Positions 16,326-23,563 of a stretch of 64,000 nucleotides of DNA are shown here, piece by piece. The stretch spans positions 38,516 through 102,515 of the forward strand of contig JBAYVF010000004.1 of the NCBI GenBank assembly GCA_041674705.1, in the 5' to 3' direction. Source of the DNA: Candidatus Omnitrophota bacterium (GTDB lineage Bacteria > Omnitrophota > Omnitrophia > Omnitrophales > Aquincolibacteriaceae). Below the pieces are notes generated by a model. That model was given only the letters and a program-made list of their open reading frames with translations, did not search any database and was not told where the DNA came from. A program made the position numbers and the translations under genes. The stretch's first letter is position 1; each line of letters starts with the position of its first letter.

Positions 16326-17773
16326 ATTATGAGCCCGTGATAGGTTTGGAAGTGCATGTTCAATTGAAGACAAGATCAAAGTTGTTTTGTTCTTGTTCCA
16401 CCACTTTTGGCGAGGAAGGTAATAAGAATACATGCCCCGTGTGTCTCGGCTGGCCGGGGTCATTGCCGGTACTGAACGAAGCGGCGCTGAAACTCGGGAT
16501 TCGGGTGGGGCTTGCGCTTAATTGCAAGATCGCCGAGCGGCTCAAGTTCGACCGGAAGAATTATTTTTATCCGGATCTTCCCAAAGCCTACCAGATCTCG
16601 CAATTCGATATGCCGGTGAACGGCCGCGGCGAACTTCTCATCGAAACAAAAGATGCGGAAGGAAAAATGATCGAGCGAAAGATCGGGATTACTCGTGCGC
16701 ACCTGGAAGAAGATGCCGGGAAGCTTCTGCATGAAGGCATCGCGGACGGCAGTCTCGTGGACTACAACCGCGGCGGTATCCCGCTTCTTGAGATCGTCTC
16801 CGAACCGGATCTCGGAAGCCCGCAAGAGGCGCATGACTATCTCACCGCGCTCAAGGCCATCCTTCAATATGTGGAAGTGAGCGACTGCGATATGGAAAAG
16901 GGGAGCCTTCGCTGCGACGCGAACGTGTCGGTGCGGCCCGTGAGCCAGGAAAAACTCGGGACCAAGGTCGAGATCAAGAACCTGAACTCGTTCAAGATGG
17001 TGGCGCGAGCGATCCAGTACGAGATCGAACGGCAGACGGAAGCGCTTGAACGCGGGGAGGCGATCGTCCAGGAAACGCGACTTTGGAGTGACGCCGAGGG
17101 CATGACGGTTTCCATGCGTTCCAAAGAAGATGCCCACGACTACCGTTATTTTCCCGAGCCCGACCTTGTGCCTTTCACCTTGTCGCGCGAAGTCGTAGAG
17201 GCGATCCGGAAGACTTTGCCGGAATTGCCGCTTGAGCGCGCGAAGCGGTTCATCAAAGAATTCGGCATTCCGGAATATGATGCCTATGTGCTGGTGCAGG
17301 AGAAAAAACTGGCCAACTATTTTGAATCCTGCATTCGCGAAGGCGCCGCGCCGAAGCTCGCGAGCAATTGGATCCAAAATGAACTCTTGGCGCTGCTGAA
17401 TGTGAAAAACATCGCGATCGATGAGTGCCTGGTTTCGCCCCACGCGCTTGCCGGACTGATCCGGCTGGTCGAAAAAGGGATCGTAAGCGGGAAAACCGCT
17501 AAAGATGTTTTTCAGGAAATGGCGGCGACCGGTAAAACGGCGGACGTAATCGTTAAAGAAAAAGGCCTCACGCAGGTTTCGGATACCGGGCTCATTGAAA
17601 AAGCCGTTGAAAAAGCGATCGCCGCGAATCCCACGGCCGTCGCGGAATTCAAGGCCGGCAAACAAAAAGCCCTCGGCGCGCTGGTGGGTGCCGTTATGAA
17701 AGAAACCGGCGGCAAGGCGAATCCGAAAGTGGTTAATGAAATTCTCATTAACAAGCTGGGGACTCGTAGCTAG
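16322..17773 (+). CDS. gatB: Asp-tRNA(Asn)/Glu-tRNA(Gln) amidotransferase subunit B
   Basis: 483 aa, canonical GatB. Its last codons (GTRS*) are supplied by the REP-like element. Confidence 0.95.
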   Translation: MNYEPVIGLEVHVQLKTRSKLFCSCSTTFGEEGNKNTCPVCLGWPGSLPVLNEAALKLGIRVGLALNCKIAERLKFDRKNYFYPDLPKAYQISQFDMPVNGRGELLIETKDAEGKMIERKIGITRAHLEEDAGKLLHEGIADGSLVDYNRGGIPLLEIVSEPDLGSPQEAHDYLTALKAILQYVEVSDCDMEKGSLRCDANVSVRPVSQEKLGTKVEIKNLNSFKMVARAIQYEIERQTEALERGEAIVQETRLWSDAEGMTVSMRSKEDAHDYRYFPEPDLVPFTLSREVVEAIRKTLPELPLERAKRFIKEFGIPEYDAYVLVQEKKLANYFESCIREGAAPKLASNWIQNELLALLNVKNIAIDECLVSPHALAGLIRLVEKGIVSGKTAKDVFQEMAATGKTADVIVKEKGLTQVSDTGLIEKAVEKAIAANPTAVAEFKAGKQKALGALVGAVMKETGGKANPKVVNEILINKLGTRS

Positions 17774-17867
17774 GGACTCGCACCTCGTGAAAAAAACTAC
17801 TCGTACCTCGTACCTCGTATCTCGGGACTCGAAAAAACGAGGAACTAGTCCCGAGTCCCGAGTCCCG
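17758..17867. repeat. REP-like GGGACTCG/CGAGTCCC element (copy 2), with CTCGTAC x3 and GTCCCGA x3 tandem units
   Basis: GGGACTCG x3, CTCGTACCTCGTACCTCG, CGAGGAACTAGTCCCGAGTCCCGAGTCCCG. Overlaps the gatB 3' end and the nominal tsaD 5' extension. Confidence 0.6.
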
Positions 17868-17876
17868 CTCTACACC

Positions 17877-18875
17877 TTGGGGGTAGAAACTTCCTGCGAC
17901 GAAACGTCGTGTTCGGTGCTGAAAGGCAAAGACACGATCCTCTCCAACGTGGTTTCCTCCAGTCTTTTCCGGCACAAGAAATTCGGCGGCGTGGTGCCCG
18001 AGATCGCGTCCCGGCACTGCATGGAACAGATCCAGTGCGTGTTCGAAGAAGCACTTCGACAGGCTCAGTGCAAGGCGCAGGATTTAGATCTGATCGCGGT
18101 CACGCAGGGCCCGGGTCTTATCGGTTCGCTTCTCGTGGGAGTCTCCTTCGCAAAGTCGTTGGCCTATCAACTTGGAATTCCCATCGTGGGTGTGAACCAT
18201 ATGGAAGCGCATCTCGTCGCGAATTTTTTCGGGACTCCGGAACCCAAACGCTATATCGGGCTCCTTGTTTCCGGCGGGCATACGATGCTCACGTTCTGCG
18301 AAAAAGGGAAGATCCATATTCTTGGCGAGACGGTGGATGACGCGGTCGGCGAAGCATACGACAAAGTCGCGAAGATCATGGGTTTGAGTTATCCGGGCGG
18401 GCCTATCCTTGATAAACTTGCGAAAGAGGGGAACCCGTGCGCTTTTCATTTTACCAGGCCGAAGCAGGACGAGCGTTTCAACTTCAGTTTCAGCGGCGTG
18501 AAAACGGCCGTGCTTTATCAATTTCAGGATCCGAAAACGGGGAAGCCGAATCCAGCGGCGCCTTCGGTGAAAGATATGGCGGCGAGTTTTCAGCACGCGG
18601 TGATCGGATGGCTTGTGGAAAAAGCGCTCGACGCGGCGGAATTTAAAAAGGCTTTCGACATCGTGGTGGGCGGCGGCGTGAGCGCGAATTCTTATTTGCG
18701 GGAGAAGCTCACGCGGGACGGCGCCGCAAAAGGCATCAAGGTCTGGTTCCCGCCGTTCGTGCTGTCGACCGACAACGCAGCCATGATCGCACGCCGGGGT
18801 TTTGAGCTTTTTAAACGAGGCTGTTGTTCTCCGCTCAAGATGACGGGAAATCCCGCTTTAGCTTTGGGCCGCTGA
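17877..18875 (+). CDS. tsaD: tRNA N6-adenosine threonylcarbamoyltransferase TsaD (Kae1/YgjD family)
   Basis: GVETSCDETS and HMEAHL motifs. The ORF-track start at 17736 is rejected. TTG at 17877 is the nearest in-frame start before the conserved N-terminus, so the start is uncertain. Confidence 0.8.
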   Translation: MGVETSCDETSCSVLKGKDTILSNVVSSSLFRHKKFGGVVPEIASRHCMEQIQCVFEEALRQAQCKAQDLDLIAVTQGPGLIGSLLVGVSFAKSLAYQLGIPIVGVNHMEAHLVANFFGTPEPKRYIGLLVSGGHTMLTFCEKGKIHILGETVDDAVGEAYDKVAKIMGLSYPGGPILDKLAKEGNPCAFHFTRPKQDERFNFSFSGVKTAVLYQFQDPKTGKPNPAAPSVKDMAASFQHAVIGWLVEKALDAAEFKKAFDIVVGGGVSANSYLREKLTRDGAAKGIKVWFPPFVLSTDNAAMIARRGFELFKRGCCSPLKMTGNPALALGR

Positions 18876-18887
18876 TATTTTAAAGTC

Positions 18888-18966
18888 GTACTTGGTCGTT
18901 GGTACATAGTACTTAGAAAAACAAAAACTGTCGTTACACTAAGTACCAAGTGCTATGTACCATGTA
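18888..18966 (+). promoter_or_regulatory. Long imperfect hairpin in the mgtC leader
   Basis: GTACTTGGT..TGGTACATAGTACTTAG pairs with CTAAGTACCAAGTGCTATGTACCA. About 17 bp of stem with a 7-nt bulge, directly upstream of the Shine-Dalgarno AAAGGAGG. Confidence 0.4.
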
Positions 18967-18985
18967 CTCATCAAAGGAGGTTTTT

Positions 18986-19459
18986 ATGTGTTCTTTTATG
19001 GGCCTGACAGCGCATGACATTGAAAATTTTACACGGCTTCTAACGGCTACCGGACTCGGAGCCCTCATCGGGCTTGAGAGGGAATACAATGGTAAGGAAG
19101 CCGGTTTCAAGACTTATACGCTGGTCTGTCTGGGGTCGGCCCTTATGATGATCATTTCCGCGGACATTTTTTTGATCTACAGAGGCCTTGCGGTTGTGGA
19201 TCCCTCGCGTATTGCGGCGCAAGTGGTGACAGGGATCGGTTTTTTGGGAGCCGGGGCGATCATTCGCGATCAGCAGGGCGTCCGGGGACTGACGACGGCG
19301 GCGGGGATCTGGGCGGTTTGCGGTATCGGTCTTGCTTGCGGTCTTGGTTTTTTTAAACCCGCCATGTTTACGACGCTCTTGGTGCTTATTGTGCTTGTCC
19401 TGTTCCAAAAATTCGAAAAGGATATTCTTCCCAAGAAGAAATCCCACCATACAATTTAA
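18986..19459 (+). CDS. mgtC: MgtC/SapB family membrane protein
   Basis: GLEREYNGKEAGFKTYTLVCLGSAL and VVTGIGFLGAGAI motifs. Start set at the ATG preceded by AAAGGAGG. Confidence 0.7.
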   Translation: MCSFMGLTAHDIENFTRLLTATGLGALIGLEREYNGKEAGFKTYTLVCLGSALMMIISADIFLIYRGLAVVDPSRIAAQVVTGIGFLGAGAIIRDQQGVRGLTTAAGIWAVCGIGLACGLGFFKPAMFTTLLVLIVLVLFQKFEKDILPKKKSHHTI

Positions 19460-19478
19460 CGGACGGATATTTCCACGA

Positions 19479-19507
19479 TTGACACTCCGAGAGCAAAAAG
19501 CTAGAAT
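19479..19507 (+). promoter_or_regulatory. Sigma70-type promoter for hisG (TTGACA-17-TAGAAT)
   Basis: TTGACA at 19479-19484 and TAGAAT at 19502-19507. Confidence 0.45.
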
Positions 19508-19516
19508 CCGCTCCCT

Positions 19517-20398
19517 ATGACAACAGTGAACAAGCTTAAAATTGCATTACCCAAGGGCAGTCTCGAAGAAGCGACCTATAATCTCTTCAAGCGGGCCGGC
19601 TTCAAGATCAACGTTAACTCCCGTTCCTACATTCCTTCCATTGATGATCCCGAGATCGAAGTGGTCCTCTTCCGCCCCCAAGAGATGTCCCGTTATGTTG
19701 AAGACGGCATTGTGGATTGCGGCCTCACCGGGCATGACTGGATCGTGGAAAATGACTCCGATGTGGTCGAACTTTGCGAGCTTCAATATTCCAAGCGCAC
19801 CTCCAATCCTGTCCGCTGGGTTCTGGCCGTGCACGAATCGTCGCCCTTTAAAAGCGTCAAGGACCTGAATGGCAAAAAGATCGTGACCGAGCTCGTGGGT
19901 GTAACGAAGCGCTATCTTAAAAAGAACAAAGTGACCGCGGAAGTGGAATTCTCGTGGGGGGCCACGGAAGCCAAACCGCCGCGTCTTGCGGATGCCATCG
20001 TGGAAGCCACCGAGACCGGCTCCAGTCTTCGCGCGAATAAACTCAAGATCATTGACACCGTGATCGTTTCGATACCGAAGTTCATCGCAAATAAGAAAAG
20101 CGTGAAAGACTCCTGGAAAAAACACAAGATGGACAATCTGATCATGTTGCTTCAAGGCGCGATGCGTGCCCAGGAAAAGGTCGGCCTTAAGATGAATGTC
20201 GAGAAGAAGAACCTGCAAAAGATCCTGAGTCTTCTCCCGGCCATGAAAAAACCGACCATTGCGAATCTTACGGATAAGAACTGGCTGGATGTCGAGACCA
20301 TCATCGACGAGTCTGTGGTCCGTGAGTTGATCCCGGCGCTCAAGGCGGCCGGCGCCTCAGGCATCATCGAATATCCGCTCAATAAAGTTATTCCCTAA
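19517..20398 (+). CDS. hisG: ATP phosphoribosyltransferase, long form
   Basis: [10 protein letters not shown]...GLTGHD N-terminal domain plus C-terminal regulatory domain. 293 aa. Confidence 0.9.
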   Translation: MTTVNKLKIALPKGSLEEATYNLFKRAGFKINVNSRSYIPSIDDPEIEVVLFRPQEMSRYVEDGIVDCGLTGHDWIVENDSDVVELCELQYSKRTSNPVRWVLAVHESSPFKSVKDLNGKKIVTELVGVTKRYLKKNKVTAEVEFSWGATEAKPPRLADAIVEATETGSSLRANKLKIIDTVIVSIPKFIANKKSVKDSWKKHKMDNLIMLLQGAMRAQEKVGLKMNVEKKNLQKILSLLPAMKKPTIANLTDKNWLDVETIIDESVVRELIPALKAAGASGIIEYPLNKVIP

Positions 20399-20424
20399 AA
20401 CCATCATCCAAAGGAGTTCCATTC

Positions 20425-20523
20425 ATGCCTTGGGCTCGTAAACAGCGCAAGAAAAAGATGAACAAGCATAAGCGCAAAAAAAAGTTGCGCCGGAACCGTC
20501 ACAAGAAAAAAGACTGGTCCTAG
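20425..20523 (+). CDS. bS22-type small basic ribosomal protein (AURKAIP1/DUF1713-like), 32 aa (not in ORF track)
   Basis: MPWARKQRKKKMNKHKRKKKLRRNRHKKKDWS*. AAGGAG Shine-Dalgarno 8 nt upstream. Pattern matches bS22 (RKxRMxKHKxKKL..RH). Confidence 0.65.
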   Translation: MPWARKQRKKKMNKHKRKKKLRRNRHKKKDWS

Positions 20524-20545
20524 TTTTAAGTCACAAAGCTGCAAG

Positions 20546-20604
20546 GCCACAAGGACACAAAAGAAATGCTCGCGAGGCATGTGTCCTTGTGGCTTTGTGT
20601 CTTT
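20546..20604 (+). terminator. Strong hairpin (14-bp stem GCCACAAGGACACA/TGTGTCCTTGTGGC) plus T-rich tail after the bS22 gene
   Basis: Arms at 20546-20559 and 20580-20593, then TTTGTGTCTTT. It could also act as an attenuator before ispE. Confidence 0.55.
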
Positions 20605-20617
20605 AAGAGGGGTCTCC

Positions 20618-21493
20618 ATGCAAGCGCTCACTCTGAAGAGTCCGGCGAAACTCAATCTCTACCTCCGTATCCTCGGAAAACGGCCGGACGGATATCACAA
20701 ACTCCTGACGCTCTTTCACCGTATTTCGCTTGTCGATACGATCGTGATCCGTAAAAGCTCTCAAGGTTTTAAACTTTCCACAAATATTGCCTCACTTGAA
20801 ACCGGGGAAGGCAATCTCATCACCCGGGCCTACCGGGAGCTTCAACGGAAATTCCCCAGGTTGGGCGGGGTTTCTGTGCGGCTTACCAAGCGCATTCCGC
20901 TCGGCGCCGGATTGGGAGGCGGTTCCAGTAATGCCGCGTCATTTCTGCTAGGCATGAAAAAGCTTTTCAGGCTCAAGATATCTCGGCAAGAGCTTTTTTC
21001 TATAGGGAAAAGACTTGGCGCGGACGTGCCGTTCTTCCTTTCAGAGGCGCGGCAAGCCATGGCTTGGGGGATCGGGGATAAGCTGCAAAAAGTGCCTTCG
21101 GGCGTCCGTTTGGGGTTCCTTTTGTTGGTGACCGATCAGGGGCTGAACACGAAAAAAGTCTATCAGAAACTCGCCAGGAGCGGGCGGCCCCTTTCCTTGA
21201 CAAAGGAAAAGCGTATTGCTAGAATCCTGCGCTCTTTTCTCGCAAGCAAGAGGGTTCGGGAGGCTTCGGAATTCGCGCGAAATGATCTGGAAATCCCGGC
21301 GTTTCGCTTGATGCCATCCATTCCTAAAGCGATCACGGCTCTCAAAAACTTTGGCGTTCCCTATGTCCTTATGAGCGGAAGCGGGGCCACGGTCTTCGCA
21401 GCGTTCTCCAGCCGGGAAGAAGCTTTAGACCTATCGAAGAGATTGAAAGAAGTTCCCTTTCCTTTTCGCAAGGTGATTTGTCACTCATACTAG
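20618..21493 (+). CDS. ispE: 4-diphosphocytidyl-2-C-methyl-D-erythritol kinase
   Basis: KLNLYLRILGKRPDGYH and PLGAGLGGGSSNAA (GHMP kinase) motifs. Start moved to MQALTLKSP. Confidence 0.85.
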   Translation: MQALTLKSPAKLNLYLRILGKRPDGYHKLLTLFHRISLVDTIVIRKSSQGFKLSTNIASLETGEGNLITRAYRELQRKFPRLGGVSVRLTKRIPLGAGLGGGSSNAASFLLGMKKLFRLKISRQELFSIGKRLGADVPFFLSEARQAMAWGIGDKLQKVPSGVRLGFLLLVTDQGLNTKKVYQKLARSGRPLSLTKEKRIARILRSFLASKRVREASEFARNDLEIPAFRLMPSIPKAITALKNFGVPYVLMSGSGATVFAAFSSREEALDLSKRLKEVPFPFRKVICHSY

Positions 21494-21513
21494 TGGTACA
21501 TAAGAGTTGAGGT

Positions 21514-21828
21514 TTGGAAGTGAAGATCACGGAAATTCGCGTTTTTCCCCAAGCGAATAAAGAAAACAAGTTGTGTGCCTTTGCCAACATCACCTTTGAC
21601 GGTTGTTTTGTGGTGCGTGGCCTGAAGGTTCTCGAAGGGTCGAAAGGCCTTTTTGTGGTGATGCCGTCCCGCAAGGTCAAAGGCGATGATTACCGGGACG
21701 TGGCGCACCCCATCACGGCGGAGTTTAAGGATTATATTCAGAGCGAGGTCTTGAAAGCCTACGAGCTTTTTATCGAACATCAGCCCCAGGCCCAAGCGCT
21801 CAATGACGACGATCCGTTTGAGCGTTAG
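21514..21828 (+). CDS. spoVG: SpoVG family protein
   Basis: MEVKITEIRV...FVVRGLKVLEGSKGLFVVMPSRK. TTG start with GAGGT Shine-Dalgarno. Confidence 0.8.
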   Translation: MEVKITEIRVFPQANKENKLCAFANITFDGCFVVRGLKVLEGSKGLFVVMPSRKVKGDDYRDVAHPITAEFKDYIQSEVLKAYELFIEHQPQAQALNDDDPFER

Positions 21829-21829
21829 A

Positions 21830-22078
21830 ATGTCTTTTTTTGTTTATGGTCTCGAGAGTAAAAAAGACGGTCGGCATTACGTGGGAAGCGGTGAAGATGT
21901 TGACGAAAGATTGCGGCGGCACAATTTAGGCGATTATCGTTATACTAAAGGTCATCGGCCGTGGATTGTGATTTACAAGGAATCCTGCAAGTCACGCTCA
22001 GAAGCTGTAAAGCGGGAACGGTTTTTTAAATCCGGCGTAGGGCGCAAGTTCTTAAAAGAAATTATTAGTTCGAAATAA
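21830..22078 (+). CDS. Small stand-alone GIY-YIG nuclease-domain protein
   Basis: FFVYGLESKKDGRHYVGSGEDVDERLRRHN...RPW...ESCKSRSEAVKRERFFKSGVGRKFL. Start moved to MSFFVYG, 1 nt after the spoVG stop. Confidence 0.7.
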   Translation: MSFFVYGLESKKDGRHYVGSGEDVDERLRRHNLGDYRYTKGHRPWIVIYKESCKSRSEAVKRERFFKSGVGRKFLKEIISSK

Positions 22079-22086
22079 CAAAGTAT

Positions 22087-22157
22087 TGCCCCGTGGTGAA
22101 ATGGTATCACACTGCCCTTTGGAGGCAAGGTTTCTGGTTCGAGCCCAGACGGGGCAG
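22087..22157 (+). tRNA. tRNA-Gln (anticodon UUG)
   Basis: Hand-folded cloverleaf. Acceptor TGCCCCG/CGGGGCA with U1:A72 and G73. U8. D-arm GTGA-AATGGTA-TCAC. Anticodon loop CTTTGGA. T-arm TCTGG-TTCGAGC-CCAGA. No CCA is encoded. Confidence 0.8.
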
Positions 22158-22415
22158 ATTTTAAGAATCAAAGAACGGTTTTAAGGGAGCCCTTTTCCGC
22201 CTGAGGCGGATTCGTCCGCAAGGCGAATCCGATGATGAACGGATTCGCCTCTGGCGAAGGAGGCAAGGTTTCTGGTTCGAGCCCAGACGGGGCAGATTTT
22301 AAGAATCAAAGAACGGTTTAAGGGAGCCCTTTTCCGCCTGAGGCGGATTCGTCCGCAAGGCGAATCCGATGATGGACGGATTCGCCTCTGGCGAAGGAGG
22401 CAAGGTTTCTGGTTC
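22121..22415 (+). repeat. Tandem 138/137-bp repeat (about 2.15 copies), each unit starting with the 3' half of tRNA-Gln (GGAGGCAAGGTTTCTGGTTCGAGCCCAGACGGGGCAG)
   Basis: Units begin at 22121, 22259 and 22396. The last unit is truncated. Units contain several small GC hairpins (CCGCC-TGA-GGCGG, CGGATTCG..CGAATCCG). Confidence 0.75.
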
Positions 22416-22521
22416 TCCGCCGAAGGTCGGATCCGCCAACGCTTTGTGGCGGAGAGCCTCCGCCAAAGGACGGATTCGTCCTGAAGCTTTGCTTCGGGCG
22501 AACAGGCCGGGCAGACTTTGA

Positions 22522-23454
22522 ATGCAGCAAACTGGAAAAAATATGAAAAACGGACTCAGGGATAAAACGAAGGAAATGATCGCGGCCTACGGGTTCCTCA
22601 TGCCGAACCTGGTCGGATTTCTTCTCTTCACCTCGATCCCGGTCTTGGCGTCGCTTTGGCTGAGTTTTGTGAAGTGGGATCTTTTGTCGGATGGGCCGCA
22701 ATTTGCGGGGCTCACGAATTTTATCGAGCTCGTGAAAGATCCGTTTTTCGGAAAATATTGCTGGAACACCCTTTATTTGATGGCGGCGATCCCGATCAGC
22801 ATGGCAGGGTCGCTTCTCCTTGCGATCGCGCTGAATCAAAAACTTAAAGGGACGGTCATTTTCAGGACGCTCTATTTTCTTCCGACGATCTGTTCGGGCG
22901 TTGCGATCTTCATGCTCTGGCGCTTGATCTACAATCCGAATTTCGGGCTCCTCAATTCCATGATCGCTCAATTCGGGGATACGCTCGGTCTTAAATTGAT
23001 CGGACCGAACTGGCTGACGGACGAAGCGTGGGCGAAGCCGGCATTCATCATCATGAGCGTGTGGCAATCGATCGGCGGCTACAACATGATCCTTTATCTG
23101 GCCGCGTTGCAGGGTGTGCCGCGCGATCTTTATGATGCCGCGGAAGTGGACGGCGCCAACAGCTGGCAGAAATTCTGGAATGTCACGTGGCCGCAGATCT
23201 CGCCCACGACGTTCTTTATCGCGACCATGAGTTTGATCGGCGGATTCCAGGCGGGGTTCGATCAAGCGTACATCATGACGGGCGGGGGTCCTAACGGGTC
23301 CACCACCACGATCATTTATTATATTTTCAACAATGCTTTCGAATGGTACCGCATGGGGTATGCGGCCGCTATTTCGTGGGTGCTGTTTCTGATCATTTTT
23401 GCGGTAACGATCGTGAAGTGGCGTTTCTTTGGCAAGATCGTTCACTACACCTAG
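22522..23454 (+). CDS. Carbohydrate ABC transporter permease (MalF/UgpA-like)
   Basis: 6-TM ABC TMD with EAA-like region. 310 aa. Confidence 0.8.
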   Translation: MQQTGKNMKNGLRDKTKEMIAAYGFLMPNLVGFLLFTSIPVLASLWLSFVKWDLLSDGPQFAGLTNFIELVKDPFFGKYCWNTLYLMAAIPISMAGSLLLAIALNQKLKGTVIFRTLYFLPTICSGVAIFMLWRLIYNPNFGLLNSMIAQFGDTLGLKLIGPNWLTDEAWAKPAFIIMSVWQSIGGYNMILYLAALQGVPRDLYDAAEVDGANSWQKFWNVTWPQISPTTFFIATMSLIGGFQAGFDQAYIMTGGGPNGSTTTIIYYIFNNAFEWYRMGYAAAISWVLFLIIFAVTIVKWRFFGKIVHYT

Positions 23455-23563
23455 AACATCGTAGAATATAGCTTGTCATCCCCGCGGAGGCGGGGATCCA
23501 GTGAATGGATTCCCGATGAAGGCATTCGGGAATGACATTATTAGGGGATCTTAAGAGAAGACC

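Noticed and set aside
16460-17665. 401-aa minus-strand ORF
   Set aside because: It is antisense to gatB. The product is Arg/Phe-rich low complexity.
17736-17876. ATG start for tsaD at 17736, adding 46 N-terminal residues
   Set aside because: The extension is encoded entirely by the REP-like repeat and overlaps the gatB 3' end. TsaD orthologues begin at the conserved LGVETSCDE segment.
20404-20655. 83-aa minus-strand ORF
   Set aside because: It overlaps the bS22-like gene, the terminator hairpin and the ispE start on the opposite strand. It has no Shine-Dalgarno and hydrophobic low-complexity sequence.
22259-22415. Possible second and third tRNA genes at the repeated tRNA-like sequence
   Set aside because: Only the 3' half (anticodon-stem 3' side through the acceptor 3' strand) is duplicated. 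No matching 5' acceptor or D-arm precedes these copies.
22318-23445. 375-aa minus-strand ORF
   Set aside because: It is antisense to a well-supported ABC permease and to the tRNA-repeat region. The product is low-complexity R/D/H/P-rich, which is typical of spurious ORFs in GC-rich antisense frames.
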